Source: Ruditapes philippinarum
Lineage: Eukaryota
Length of the DNA: 64,000 bases
Assembly (NCBI RefSeq): GCF_026571515.1
Contig: NW_026852257.1
Location: 1 to 64,000, forward strand
Direction of reading: 5' to 3'
Shown here piece after piece: positions 24,001-38,365 of the stretch. Positions within the stretch are counted from its first letter, which is position 1. Each line of letters begins with the position of its first letter. The position numbers were made by a program, and so were the translations under genes. The notes under the pieces are model-generated. The model was not told the DNA's origin, did no database searches, and was given only the letters and a program-made list of their open reading frames with translations.

Positions 24001-27000
24001 TGTGACGCGGCTCAAATGTGCAAGATTAAATGTCACAGAGAAATGTCACCTTGCCCTAGGATTAAACCAGTGACCATTGTATTACAAATCATCTATCTCT
24101 CCAGTGATCTAAGCAGTTTAATTAAGGCAAACAATGACAGAAATGTTCACTTACCTTCCTATCTTCAGGTGTTAATGCTTTCTCCAGTAAGTACATGTTG
24201 TCGTTGGAAAATGTCCATCCTTTACTTGTGAAGAAATCAAGACTGCTTACTGCCTTCTGCAGTTTACCCTGGATTCTCACAAACCTGAAATAAAAAATCA
24301 TTTAATCCATAACCTGCTTCAAACAAAATAAGTTAGCATTTGCCACCAGTATAGAGCCAGGGGAGCCTGCACATCTGTGCAGTCTGACCAGGTTCAATAC
24401 AGTTGACAGCTAATTTTTGTATTTTGATATTGTAATCATTTGAAGACTTCAATGGAATGTTCCAATTTTAAAGCAGGGAAAACCTATATCACATAATTAT
24501 TATTCAAATGGGTTTAGAGTTAATTAACTTACCCTGCTTTAATTTTGACACTGTCCCAAAGTAATATGTAGTGAATACAATACAACGAAAAACTTAATTC
24601 ACATCAACATCAACCAAAATAAACAATTATTACTAAGCTTTGATAAAGCAGAACATTCTTGCAAATATAAAAAGGGATTATCTAGAATCTTGTATCCAAT
24701 AATCCTTCACATCATCTAGTGGTAAGGTAGATGCAGTTTTAATTTGGTACCCTAAAGTACAGAATTTAACCATACTAGTGGTCTTTAAAGGAGGCAAATC
24801 ATTATCTGGGAACTTTTGGAAACAGAAACATGGTTTAGAGAGAAATGCCGTTACAATTCAGTTACAATATACAGAGAGTTATACATATAGTCAGTAATAC
24901 AGGAGTTCTAGTCCGTAGAGATAAATGAGATAGTGATTGCTTTGTGTCTGCAGTATTATAAAAGAGGTATGCAATTTAAATGTTCAATATGAATATACTT
25001 ACATGCGTCGTCTACCAGATATCCACATATAGAAGTCCATCATGTATGCTGGTAGCATATGGTCAAATAACACGTTCATGTCATGCCATAATCTGTACAG
25101 ATACAAAACTTTTCTCAGAAAATGTTTCATATCAACCATTTCATAAACTAGGAAGGAAAAATCTTAACTTACCATATTTCTACAGTTTTCAGTTTAAAAG
25201 ATGTTTTGAATGTTATTTGAACAACTTAATTGCAGGAAATATTGTTATTATGGTAAATGCTAAGCGTAGCAAAATATATTTGTAAACAATTTCATTTTCC
25301 CCACACAAAGACATGAAACATTTTCAGTTTATTACTGCATCACTGAATATAGTTTACTATCCAAACAATATTGCTACCATGTATGGACAACAGGTATACA
25401 GGTATAGAATACCAATGTTATTTACTATTTCAAAACCCCCTTCCTCCTTCTGCTAGTAGAACGCAGATGTTCAGAAAGCAGTGTAGAAATTATAATATTA
25501 TAATATCATGTGAAAAAGATTTGAAAGCAATGATTTATTTTTTCAAACCTTTAACAGTTACATTCCTCCATTTACGGGGCATCTGTCTATTTAAAACCAT
25601 ACTTGTGGGGTTTATATTTAATGTGGGCCATACATAAGACCTCGCAACTCTACCATGTTTAAAATGACGTATGGGGGTGTAGGCTACCCTTCTAAAATAG
25701 TGCCCGTAAGCTGGTTTTAATAGTTAATGCTATATGCACCACAAATGTATATATTTTTATGGGGTTTTATGTTTCTTGTCAAAATGTTTTCACCTATTGT
25801 AAAATTAAATATATAGTTGATATATATAACTTAGTAACCCTTAGTTCTGTTGTTTGGAAATGTTCATTATATGCCAACATAGTGGCATATATAAAAACTG
25901 ACTGTATGAAATAATGCCACTCAAGTCGGTCTTATATATGGGCCCCGTAAGTGACGGTATGTGTGAATATATAGACAGACTTTAATTCAGAGCTAATTCT
26001 AACTGCATGTATATGCTATTTAGCATTAAATATCCCTTAACACCATACTGATGCCTCAATGTATTACAATATAAAGAAACAGACATAACTTACACACTCT
26101 TGGTAAATCTTGGGTTAGGAATTCTTGCAACATTCTCTAGCGGATTTTTCATGAGATATTCATATGACATTCTCTCTGTAATACAACATGAAAAACAAAA
26201 ATTAAATCTGACTACCCTAACACTGTATAATGAACTAGTCCTGTTGAAATTAAGAATAGCTTATTATAACTTCTAAGGGCTGTCAAATGCTGATATTTTG
26301 TAATGACTGTTACCCTGCTGAAACAGGAAATAATCTGCCTTTGCCATCAGTATAAAACCATGTCAGCTGGCACATTCAAACAGTCGGTCCACGCTCTATA
26401 CTGACGGTGACCAATTTTCATATTTTGATATTGAAATCCCTTAAAGTTCAAATGAACTGTTCTAAATTCAAAGCAGGACAAATCTAAATATACAAATTCA
26501 GTAGATTAAGGTTAAAACAATTAACAGCATTGAGTTTAAACAAACTGAGAAAAGAAGCAGTTTTATCTGGCCTCTAAACTGGCAGCATAGGTAACTCTTT
26601 AATCCGGCCAGTTAAATACACACTTCTTTCAAGGCTTCACAAACAGTTCAGTAAAACTACAACTCTCCAATAAGCCAACTGAAAAACTATGATACATGTA
26701 CATATATATATCTTTCTTGCATGATGCTAGTTAAAGCATAAATTTTAACAATAAATCTTCCCTGTTTTATCCTTATGCATCACATCACATTTCACACCAA
26801 CACTAGATCATAATTATGACAGTTTCCCAGATTTTTGATAGTCGGTTACATCATGGTACTACATGTTTTTCTTGCATGTCAGACAGGATTATCTACCGTT
26901 TACACCGGTGCTAGAAAACTCTGTCTTACACCCCCCATGTACGACAAGTTGCATGTTTTAAATGACGTCATTGCCGTGCACCTTTTATGAATGAATTGCG

Positions 27001-30000
27001 TTCTTAGGATGACGTCATTTTACCATTATGAATGAAGTTGTAAGTTCATATGCTACTATCAGAAAAAAGTGTGTAATGAGAATATCAGTTTTCGTACTTT
27101 CCTGTTCTGAAAATAACTGATATGTAATATGCAAGAAAATGAATCAAACACTGGCTGCCGGTACAGACCAGAATATCTAGCTCTCGGGTAACTGTTAAGC
27201 GGAAACTCGGCAGAGCCTTGTTACCGCCGTAAACAGTCGAGCTAGATATTCCGGTCTGTACCGGCAGCCAGTGTACGATTCTTATAATACCATATTAAGT
27301 ACAATTTGATATCTGGAAAAATAGGTCAAAGAATAAATTTAACAAAAAACAGAACTTACCCATCTGTCCCCATGTAAATCTGTTGATTTGCCCTGATGTA
27401 CAGTTGAATACTTTCATTTCAGCAGGTCTGAAAACAATCATATCACTCAACTTATATAGATTATCATATCATAAAATACAATTTGTGTGTTGTTGGCAAC
27501 AAAATAAGACTTGAGTTACTTAATTTTTATCAATATATATTTTTGTTTATATATGACTAGGATTCTTCAATCCCTAATGCACTCTTTTATTTGCTATATA
27601 AGGCTTCTTTTACATTAGCCTTACAACAGATGTACAAACGAATTTTGACAAAATTTATTGTGTTAAGTGAGGAAGCGGCAAAACATTCATACAAAATCTT
27701 AAAGGTTGCAAGGTTGCGTAACATTGCACACTGATTTCTCAACATGCACATTATTTCTGAGATTTTTTTTAAAGATTTTGGGCGTCTCAAGACAATTGTA
27801 CGACAGACTCAATATTTCTAGAGGTTCCTGTGTAAAAATGTTTTGCATTTGTCTTGCCAGGAACAAAGATTTGCCGCACAAGCATCTTGCGGCTAATGCG
27901 GGCCGTAATCAAATGATGTCAACTGATAGATATACAAATATGTCTAGACAGACTGTAAAATTTCCTGCAACCTTTCTACGCACAGATTTCTATACAAATC
28001 ATAAAAACCAAATTTTGTGCCGCTGATGTGAATTAGGCTTTAACTGAATGTGTATAATAGAAACCACAATTCTATATCTCGATCTAATATAAGTCAATAT
28101 TATCACAAACATAGGATAAAATCTGTACAATTGTATAATGTTCATGTCTGTAAAGTTTCATTACTATCGATACATATTCAGCAAAGAGAGATGTGAGAAT
28201 TCACTCCTGAATTGAATCTTAAAGTAGCAATTTTCGACTTCACAAATTAAACAATGACAAACATGGACTTCTGGGTATCATGTGAAACGTTGAGTGTATG
28301 CGACTTCAACAATTTCTGTCTGACCAGACTAATATGACCTACTACAGTATATAACATTTTAGGTTTTATTCAGTATACTTACTTGTGTATAGCAGTATAC
28401 CATCCTATAGTAATGAGCATATTTGTAGCAAGATCTACAGGTATAATGTCAGCAGTGGCGTTGAAGTCTCCTTTCATAGTACGTAGCACCCCTTTTCCTA
28501 TCTACAGATATAAACAAAATTATCTACTTATAACTAAGCGGATTTAGATACTAGTATTTTATTTATGATGAAGGTTCTGAGAGAACATTTTTGCTTTTAT
28601 GTACAGGCTATCCAAGGCATCATTACATTTCTGTGTTGATAGAAAACCTACCAGACAACATAAATGTAGTATACGATAAGATGCAGTTTAAAAACTCAAT
28701 TCTATTTGAAGCTCTGACAGTCTTTTATTACAAGGCAGATAAAACTGCAGCTATTTTTATAAAGATCATTTTCTCATCGAGTTTTCCTAAGTCTGCCAAG
28801 CTATTGAGAAGATTTCATTTAAAGACCTTTGTTTCATTAGCACTAGTGTTCACCATGTATAGCGATCTTAAAAAATTTCAGCTATTATATTTTCAGGACC
28901 ACCCTAGGATTACTCCCGCAGAGTTTTATCAAAACCGATACCACAATGACATTACATTTAAGCTCTGGCCATCTTTTTCATTTTATTAAGCAAACCATGC
29001 CTATTCAAGTTATTATATTGTAAGGGACCAGCCAAGGAAAATTCCTATACAGTTTCATTAAAATCTACCATGCATTTACATGGTGGTATACTAAAAGCTT
29101 GTTTCTATTTTTAGCTGTGCCAGCTATATTTACTCCTTTTTCAAAGCACTACCACAAGTCATTACAATCAAATGTTGTTAAAATTCCTAATAAGTTTCAA
29201 TAAAACCTACCTAGCTCAGGTGAGCTAAAAACCCAAGATAATCTAAAAAGCTGTGTTATTTTATGAAAATTAGCATATGATTTTAATCTTTTGTAACCTG
29301 ACCTTTTAATTAATATAAAATTTAAGGTTTAATAAGTGAGGGACAAAAACATAACAAAAACAATAAAATCATTCCTTTACTTACTGCAGCAAAAAGTCCA
29401 GTTGGTCCATTAAGATTGTCTACCCAGCCCTGTAAAAATATAAATAGAGGATATTGAATGAGTGTAAGTTCAATACTGAATTTATTGCACGAGTTGAATG
29501 AAATTACATTATGCGAGCTTCTGGCGAGCATAATATCATTTGATTAAACGAGTGCAATAAATTCAGTAATGAACTTACACGAATTTAATATTCTATTTAT
29601 CACATACCCAAAAATAAAGACTGTTTAAAGTGAAATAAAAGTCATTTTTCATTGAAGCGCCTATAGTATAACCCTAACATTTAGCGCGTCTTTACACTAT
29701 GTTTGTATAACGCTAATGACGTCACGTCAAAATATATGCACGACCGTGCAATACCAATTTTACGGAGTCGCAAAATCGGCACAGGTGTGTGATAATAATA
29801 TATAATATCTAAAGTTTTAATATTGATAAACAGGCAAGTAAGTACATCTTTGATACTTTTCTTTTGATTTAAATATATTTCATAGAAATATATAAATATA
29901 CATGTATATGAAAGAAAGTCATGAGCGGGAAATTATACATAAAAAAAAATCGCACGAAAAATCGACACGCAGCAGCCAGGACTCGAAAGCACATGTATAT

Positions 30001-33000
30001 ACATGCATATATATATGCCTATATTTTTATGAACTGTAGCTTGTCTCATAAAATGTAGCTTGGCCCAAGTTGAAATAATATTTTGATAAATTCACTGTGA
30101 ATTTTCAAAATATATATTAATTCACAGTTGTATGTAAGTAATGCAATGAAAACCATGTAATAAATACTGGTATAAATACAATGAAATAGATTTATAGTTA
30201 ATACTAAAATGAGCATAACATAAATTTCAAATTTTAAAAAGATCTAACTTTTTATAGGTTACAAATGTGTCCACATCAAATCTGTTAATTATTAACAATG
30301 TTAATGTAAAATCCATTGACCTTTGACAATGGAACCTTTTATAGTCAAGGTAAATCAGAGCCGAAACATGTCAAAATAAAGCAATTGTCTTTGTCTTAAT
30401 ATGTTAAGTATACACATATAAACAATATTTACTTACAGCAATTGGTTCCTGGTATGTGGCACCAACTATTGACGGTCTAAAAATAGCAACAGGAAGGTCA
30501 CGACACTCTTCTTTGAGCAGGGTTTCAGCAATAGATTTGGTAAATGTGTAGGTATTGGGTCGACTACCTACCATCTTTGGTGTCAGTATATCTAGAGTCT
30601 CTGAGTCCATCCATCTACAAAAATTAACATTGTCACGTCATTTGAATTTACCTTTATTCTCGGTAAATGGATTTTTCACTACTTTATTTTGGAACAGAAG
30701 TCCGATAATAGTTCCATGGATTTCAGTATCTCAACTACTATAAGTATGCACCTTGGGTTCTGTTTTTATTATGTTTTGTTTTTTTTGTCACACAGACAAC
30801 AGTATAGGTCATTCGGCGACATTCCAGCTTTACTGGTGGAGGAATACCTCAGGTGCCCTTCCCAGTTTTATTTCAGACACGAACAACGTAAGCTAGCTGG
30901 ATAGCTCTCTCATAAGACAGCACAGAAGTGCAGTTTGGCCTGGGTTTATAGTAATTCCTAAGTTGTATTTTTTGCACTAGTTCATCATTTTTAATCAAAC
31001 AGATTAAGGCATTAAAAATATTCATAGATTATAAATTTTGAGTTATCTGAGACTGTGGATTCAAGCCTGTCAATAAATACTTAATAAGAAAATATTTATC
31101 AGATTTACGAAATTCTAATATTATCACCATATTCTATTGAAAATATTCTAATCCAAATTGTGAATTTAGTATTGGGTTGTACAAAGTGACAGTTGTAAAG
31201 TATTATATCAAACTCACCCTACGGCACTGAGGAGTTGTTTGGGCTGCATTGGAGGTGGATAGACCTCCTCTTTAATCTCATTCACATTGCAGTTTGCATA
31301 GGCAGTTGAGATATGTACAAAAGATATAAGGCTTGGTAATTTTCTACTCAGTTCTAACATTCTTTGAACACCCACTATGTTCATATCTACTGACAACCTA
31401 AAGTAACAAAAAATCATAGACCTGACCTTAGTAAGAATAAAAGACTGAAAACAAGCAAATAAACATAATAAGGCACTACTGTAAACATACAATTTCAGAT
31501 AAGACACTTCTCTTATTATAAGGTAAACCACAAATAAATTTCAAATGTCTTATGTAAAATATGACAGAGTATATATTAGTTTTATCATCAAAATTATACA
31601 CCATCACCCCCATCCCTGCCCCAATATTACAAACAAACCATCCTTAATTATACAAACAGAGAAATGGCAAAATAATTGGAACAGTTACAGGTAGTCAAGT
31701 TATACCTAGATTCTGATTACAATCAACTCCGCTTATATCAAATTCAATTTGTTATCATTTGGTTAATATTCGTACAGAGAATCGATAATTTGGTAATTAT
31801 CGGGTATTTACAGTAATTTATCAAACGATGGTGCCAAGTTAAGTCAACTGTATTTATAATTATTGCCTTTCTTAAATTATAATGTCTAAAAATTTATTTT
31901 ACTAATCTGGTTTGTTGCTTCTTAAATAAAAGTACATACTTCATAGCTTCATCAAATTTGATTGTAGCTGCTGAATGGAACACAACAGAGACCTCTTTGA
32001 TTAGTATGTCTACTTGAGATTGTTCTATACCTAGACCGTCCTTCACTATATCTCCCTCGATAGCGACACATCTCTTTTTGAAGTCTGCATCTTGGTGCCG
32101 AATTTTATCAAATATCTACAACAAATCAGAACATTCTTTTGAATTCTTTAATCATAATGATATTTTAATCTCTTTTAAATCTTTTAAGCTCCCCCATGCA
32201 TTGTATCTGGCACAAGCAAACATTTCTGTAAAAAGACCAACCTTAAACAAGCTAGCCTTGCCAGAAAGCTTACTCTGAATAAATTGAACATCTCCAGTGG
32301 GATTTAAACTAACAATGTTCAAGGGCTACAGACTTAATGCAGCTAACCGTAACCACTCAGCCAGTCTGTGAAATAATTTTTTAGGTTATAGACCCGAACA
32401 GATTATCACAGGCCCAAAACATTTTTTGTGCAAAATAAAGACAGCAGTTTATTTTGTGTTTTATTTACAACAAGGTTCAATAAAGTAACAAAACCACGGA
32501 AAATCAATCAGTCACATTTATGATATTCGGTTCTTTATTACTCTCATATGCAACCTTACTCTTCAATCTACTGCTTTTTAAAAAAAATACTGTTTCAGTG
32601 TTTGAAATGTGAAAACAAATATAAACAAGGGAGGCTGGCATTCAATGAACGATGCCCCCTAAACAAAACCCAGCCACACAATTTAATTCCAAATTTGGCT
32701 TTAGATGTGTAATGTAACTTATTCATGTATGTTGTTCACAAATGTAAACAGGTCAATCTAAAAATAAATGTATTCTAATGGAAATTTATCGTTTATACTT
32801 GACATTGACATAACCAACAAATATTTACAAATACTGTATACACTAACCACTCAATGAAGACAATAAATATAGATTACGAATATTTGCATGAGATATTACA
32901 CAAATCTTACCAGATGTACATAGACTGATGATGTATTACACAACAATTTCAGAAGAATTCAAACTGAAACTAGCTTTGTATGAAAACACAGACATTCTGA

Positions 33001-33540
33001 ATTCAAACACCTGCCAGGCTTTTAAACTTCGGAATTATGCAGGTTTGAATTGGGTTTAACACATCTCGAGCATGGGGCATGTGCCCTATTTTGCAGGCTG
33101 CTTAGCCACTGTATGACACCTTACAACAATCTTTTATCTTAATAGCAAACATCTTTAAAATATTTTGGGCATGTCAAAAGAACCTTTGAGAACATGAGAC
33201 AATATATACATCTGTATCATTTTCTTTACGATTATTATTAGACTTTCTTTCTAGAATCTTTACAATGCTTTTAACATTCAGCACTATTTAACTAAATATT
33301 ATATCTAAGAGTCAGAATAATTATTATCATGATATTTAACTATACCTTTGATTCAAAAATTTCTTCAAGTCGTTCTTGGATCTCCTTGCCCTTTTTCGGC
33401 CTGATCATCAGGTAAAGAGTACAATCCGGACAAGCTCGCAGCAACTTCTCCACTAATGCTTTACCCAAGAACCCTGTTGCACCTGTGATAAATATGCCAC
33501 GCCCAGCATAGAACTCAGGGACTGATGGAATGGATGACAT
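21062..33540 (-). CDS. FAR1: Fatty acyl-CoA reductase (FAR1-like), 12 coding exons, 516 aa
   Basis: Exons with GT-AG boundaries and consistent phases: 33540-33346, 32115-31940, 31397-31218, 30614-30437, 29429-29385, 28501-28383, 27427-27360, 26175-26094, 25092-25003, 24284-24155, 22058-21931, 21221-21062 (total 1551 nt). Motifs: Rossmann [27 protein letters not shown], catalytic [19 protein letters not shown]; C-terminal Sterile domain and hydrophobic membrane tail. FAR1 vs FAR2 orthology cannot be resolved here. Confidence 0.95.
22155..22359. mobile_element. Palindromic MITE in a FAR intron
   Basis: ATGAACCGCGTCACGACAAAAC...GTTTTGTCGTGACGCGGCTCAT; second copy at 23798-24017. Confidence 0.8.
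22624..23783 (+). mobile_element. Helentron-associated interspersed element (HINE, pearl/DINE-1-like)
   Basis: ACTAGA start in an A-run; subTIR ATACCCCCGC/GCGGGGGTAT; about six ~146-bp core repeats (tgaccttgacctttgacc...); (GGAC/GACG)n microsatellite; terminal stem-loop. Confidence 0.88.
23798..24017. mobile_element. Palindromic MITE, same family as 22155-22359
   Basis: Shares cagcatggatcc dyads and the terminal gtgacgcggctca. Confidence 0.78.
25561..25961. mobile_element. Probable MITE
   Basis: Imperfect TIR CATTCCTCCATTTACGGGGC vs reverse complement CATACCGTCACTTACGGGGC. Confidence 0.5.
27140..27285. mobile_element. Palindromic repeat (MITE-like)
   Basis: ACACTGGCTGCCGGTACAGACCAGAATATCTAGCTC pairs with GAGCTAGATATTCCGGTCTGTACCGGCAGCCAGTGT. 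Confidence 0.7.
29442..29795. mobile_element. Palindromic non-autonomous element
   Basis: gtgtaagttcaatactgaatttattgcac pairs with gtgcaataaattcagtaatgaacttacac; second dyad ttatcacatacc/ggtgtgtgataa. Confidence 0.65.
30790..30915 (-). mobile_element. tRNA-SINE fragment
   Basis: acagtataggtcattcggcgacattccagctttactggtggaggaa matches 12590-12640. Confidence 0.7.
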
Positions 33541-34210
33541 CTAAAAATATTCAAATTATGTCTAAATATTGTTCTGTTAATAAAGATAAATATTCAGATT
33601 ATCAAGTTCTTGAATGATTATTATACATAGAAATTATATTACTATTCATGTACATTGTACATTATTTTATTGTTTTAAATATGAAGCAGTCCTTAGTATG
33701 AAGCAGTCCTTTCAAATACAACTATCAACAAGTTTTGACAAGATGACCAGCAACAAAGTACTATTCATACCAGTCAAGAGTAATATTTGCTGTATTTTAG
33801 CTTGTGATATACATGTATATTAGTACAGTATTATACTACTGTAAATATTGGTCATTTTTGATTTATAATTATCTTTCCCACATCATATTTCTATATATCA
33901 GTTCAATCATGTGACATTATAGTTTCTATTGAAAGGTCTTATACTATTTTTGTGACAATATAATATTAAACCTAATCATGACTTAACAGCATTTGACTTA
34001 TATCAGCTAGAAGACAGAAAACTGTCCCTATTATAAAATAGCCACTGCTATGTACCATGAATGTTAATTTAAATTGAAAATTTTATAAAATGTGTGGGTG
34101 AATTCCATTCACAGTTGTTAGAATTTTGATTTCAGATGTCCCACTTTCCTGATTTATCACAAAAAATTTTCCTCTTCAGAAAGCCACAGGTTGTTTCGAA
34201 AATTGAGAAA

Positions 34211-34735
34211 ACTAGAAATGTGTCCATAGGACACGGATGCCCCCACAGGCCACTGTTCTGTCAATCTTATGACTCTAGGTCAAATATTTTTTGGACTACA
34301 TGTGCCACAAGTTGAAAACTAAAAATCAACAAATGGCCATAATTCTGTTAAATTTGGTCGCAGCAAAAATACCTTCCTTTACTACCATCTACACATTAAG
34401 ATTGTGCATCCCTGGAAGTTTAAGCAAAATCTGCCTTCCGGTTTAAGAGGAGTTGCGTTCACAAAATTTCTACATAGTATATAGTGAAAAATTCAACAAA
34501 GGGCCATAATTCTGTTAAATTTGGTCGCAGCAAATATTCCTTCCTTTACTACCATCTACACATTAAGGTTGTTCATCCCTGGAAGTTTAAGCAAAATCTG
34601 CCATCCGGTTTAAGAGGAGTTGCGTTCACAAGATTTCGGGACGTACGGACAGACGGATGGACGGACGGACAGACGTACGGACACTCGGACGGACAAGTGC
34701 AACGCTATATGCTCCCACTCTGTGGGGGCATAAAA
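34211..34735 (+). mobile_element. HINE (Helentron-type non-autonomous element)
   Basis: ACTAGA start; subTIR ATGCCCCCAC/GTGGGGGCAT; two ~170-bp core repeats; (GGAC)n tract. Confidence 0.85.
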
Positions 34736-34927
34736 ATCATTTGTCAGTAACCAGTTAAAAGCATGGTAAGACTGCACTGATATACAGATTGGCCTGGTAC
34801 TATAATAGTTGCCAAGACTAACCAATATCAGTTTCAGAAGTGTAATGAATAACCAATACCTATTACATATAATTTAATACATATTAAATATCATGTGGCA
34901 GACAAACATATTAAAGATCATGTGGCA

Positions 34928-36128
34928 ACAAGCAATTATCATAGTATTGCAAGCAATCCATAAGTCCCCTATCGGTTTGAGCCCCAGCAACATTCTGATG
35001 GGCCATTCAATTTTACCAGTGAATGAATGACATGAATGAACTTAAATCTTTTGAGTTCTAAGTTTGTCTATATCACTGTAATGTGTTAAGTTTCCATGCC
35101 TAGTAAGGAAATTATGTTAATACAACCTTGTCATATTATTACGATGTGGGATTTTAAAGTAAATCCTATAAGGAATGAAGAAGTTGGAGTGAAAAATACC
35201 AATTTCTCGAAAAAAATCTAAGTTCAAGGGGGACATAATTCTGGAAATAGTCTTGCTAGAGTATTTAACCTTCTCAAAAATGTTGAGTGATAATAAGAAA
35301 CATATATATGAAGTTTGAAGAAGATACATTAGGAAATAAAATAAAGAAGTTATTTAAAAAAGACAACATTTTTTTTCATAAAAATTCTAAGTTCAAGGGA
35401 GGTAATACTGATAATTTTTGTGTAAGAGTTGTAAACCTTGTCACATATGATGTGGTTGATGACCAGAAACTAATATTTAAAGTTTGAAGTAAACACCTTA
35501 AGAAATAATGAACTTAGTGAAAAAGCTGAAAAATTTAAATCCGAAATCTTGAAATTCAGGCTATTTGTTGCCATAGCAACCAGAATTTTCAACATAGGAA
35601 GAAAAGAAAAAGATGTGCATAATCTCCAGACTGCCATCTACCCATATTTTAAGTTTCATAAAAATATTTTCAGTACTTTTTGAGTTATCACTGGATCCAG
35701 TTTATGTGTTAAATTTGCCATATTTTCAGACTTTTTGTTGCCATAGCAACCAGAATTTTCAAGATAGGAAGAAAAAAAGAAGACGTGCATAATCTCCATA
35801 CTGCCATTTATCCATATATCAAGTTTCATAAAAATATTTTCAGTTCTTTTTGCGTTATCGCGGGATCCAGTTTTGTGGACTGAGGGACTGACAGACGGAC
35901 GTTCCTACGAATGGGCATTAATTGAGTACTTCTTTTGTTTAATAGTACCCAATATTAGACAACAAAAGTACCCAACAATACTGACGGAATGAATAGAATT
36001 ACCCAACAAGTGTCCATTCGTGTGTTCAAGGTACCCAACAAGTGTCCATTTGTGCGCCCGGACAGATGGACAGACAGACGGACGGAGAGTCCTAAAGTCC
36101 CCTCTGGTTAAACTGGTAGGGGACTTAA
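34928..36128 (+). mobile_element. HINE inserted into a 27-bp minisatellite
   Basis: ACAAG start; subTIR AAGTCCCCTA/TAGGGGACTT; internal repeats; gacagacggacgga tract; minisatellite units on both sides. Confidence 0.8.
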
Positions 36129-36727
36129 CAAACATATTAAAGATCATGTGGCAGAAAAACATATTAAAGATCATGTGGCAGGGAAACATATTAAAGATCA
36201 TGTGGCAGAAAAACATATTAAAGATCATGTGGCAGGGAAACATATTAAAGATCATGTGGCAGAAAAACATATTAAAGATCAATTGTGGCAGACAAACATA
36301 TTAAAGATCATGTGGCAGAAAAACATATTGAAGATCATGTGGCAGAAAAACATCCAAAAGATCATGTGGCAGAAAAACATATTAAAGATCATGTGGCAGA
36401 AAAACATATTAAAGATCATGTGGCAGAAAAACATATTGAAGATCATGTGGCAGAAAAACATATTAAAGATCATGTGGCAAAAAAAACATATTAAAGATCA
36501 TGTGGCAGAAAAACATATTAAAGACCATATGGCAGACAAACATATTAAAGATCATGTGGCAGGGAAACATATTAAAGATCATGTGGCAGAAAAACATATT
36601 AAAGATAATGTGGCAAAATATATATCAAAGATCATGTGACAGAAAAACATATTAAAGATCATGTGACAGAAACACATATTAAAGATCATGTGGCAGAAAA
36701 ACATATTAAAGATCATGTGGCAGAAAA
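36129..36727. repeat. 27-bp minisatellite (AAACATATTAAAGATCATGTGGCAGAA)n, ~22 units
   Basis: Direct tandem units; two more units lie at 34879-34927. Confidence 0.95.
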
Positions 36728-37228
36728 AACTTTTCCGAAATGCAATCATTTTCATTTCTAAATTGTTTAAAATTTCTGTATCTTGTTACAGTTTCCAGAA
36801 AGTTATTCATTAGCAAAATCAATGAACTATATTTTAATTCTTTTGCTCTCTTTATTTGCATAATAGTGATGGGTGTATAAATAATAAATGCTGACATTCA
36901 GCTTCCCTTACAACACATTACAGCATGTATAGTGCTACTTTTGTCAGTCATGCTCTTAATTCATTATTAAAACATTATTAAACATGTTTGACTTTTCTTA
37001 TTTTGTAAAGTATTGAAAAAATATTGCTTTCTGTGGCACAATGTGCCTTCAACTGCTTTTCAATTTTCTTATTTGGCCTTTGATAGCTACTTCATAATCA
37101 TAAGAAAATATTCACAAGCTCTGCTGAATAAGAGAACTTCAGTAAAAAGAATGTTTTGGGACAGATTTTAAATGAAAAGTTGATGTTATTTGAGTTTTTT
37201 GACCTATTAAACAGTTTATTTAGTTTAA

Positions 37229-38365
37229 CACAAGAGGGCCATGATGGCCCTGAACTCACTCATCTGTATATAGGCCATTGGGGCGGGGCTAATTTTAACC
37301 CAGGGACTTTTCTTTTTAACAAACTTGGTAGACACCCATTAGAAGATGTTTCATGATAAATATCTAAGTTCTAGCTCTCTGGGTTTTTTAAATGAAGTTG
37401 TTACTAAAGACATATAAGGAAAATCAGATCCCCGGGCGGGGCCAATTTAACCCTGGAGCTTTTATTTGAACATATTTGAAAGACACTCACTAGAAGATGT
37501 TTCATGCTTAATATCTAAGCTCTAGCTCTATGGGTTATTTAAAATAATTTTTTTTAAAGTTTTTACTAAAGACATATAAGAAAATCAGTACCCCGTGGCG
37601 AGGTCAATTTTGATCCCAGGGCTTTTTTTAACAAACGTCGTAGACACTCACCAGAAGATGTTTCATGCTTAATATCTAAGCTCTAACTCTTTGGGTTTTT
37701 AAAAAGAAGATTTTTTTAAGTTTTTACTAGATACATATAAGGAAAATCAATGACCCCCCAGGCTGGGGCTAATTTTGACCCCAGTGCTTTTATTTGAACA
37801 AACTTGAAAGACACTCACTAGAAGATGTTTCATGCCAAATATTCTTTAAAAGAAGATTTTTAAGTTTTTACTATATACATGTAAGGAAAATCAATGACTC
37901 CCTGGGACAGGGCTAATTTTGACCCCAGGGCTTTTATTTGAACAAACTTGGTAGACACTCATTAGACAATGTTTCATGCCAAATATTTAAGCTCTAGCTC
38001 TTTTTGTTTTTTTTCAAAAGAAGATTTTTTAAAGTACTGATTACATACATATAGGGAAACTCACTAGAAGATGTTTCATGCCAAATATCTAAGCTCTACC
38101 TCTTTGGGTTTTTTTTAAAGAAGATTTTTAAGTTTTTTCTTTTGGTTGCCATGGCAACCAGAGTTCTGCATGGAATTATATTCTTTGAACAAGTTTTAAG
38201 GTGACCACCAAAGGAACATTCCTGTGAAGTTTGGATGAAATTGGCTTAGTTGTTTATGACGAGATGTCGTTTAAAGTAAAAGTTTACAGACGCCGGACAG
38301 ACAGACGCCGGATGAAAAGTGATCACAAAAGCTCACCATGTCACTTTGTGACAGGTGAGCTAAAA
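37229..38365 (+). mobile_element. HINE (Helentron-type non-autonomous element)
   Basis: ACAAGAGGGCCATGATGGCCCT start; ~155-bp core repeats; gacagacagacg tract; 3' end GCTCACC...CAGGTGAGCTAAAA. Confidence 0.85.

Noticed and set aside
35905-36639. His/Lys-rich repeat protein KHIKDHVAE
   Set aside because: 27-bp minisatellite open in several frames, with frame-breaking indels and a TE insertion.
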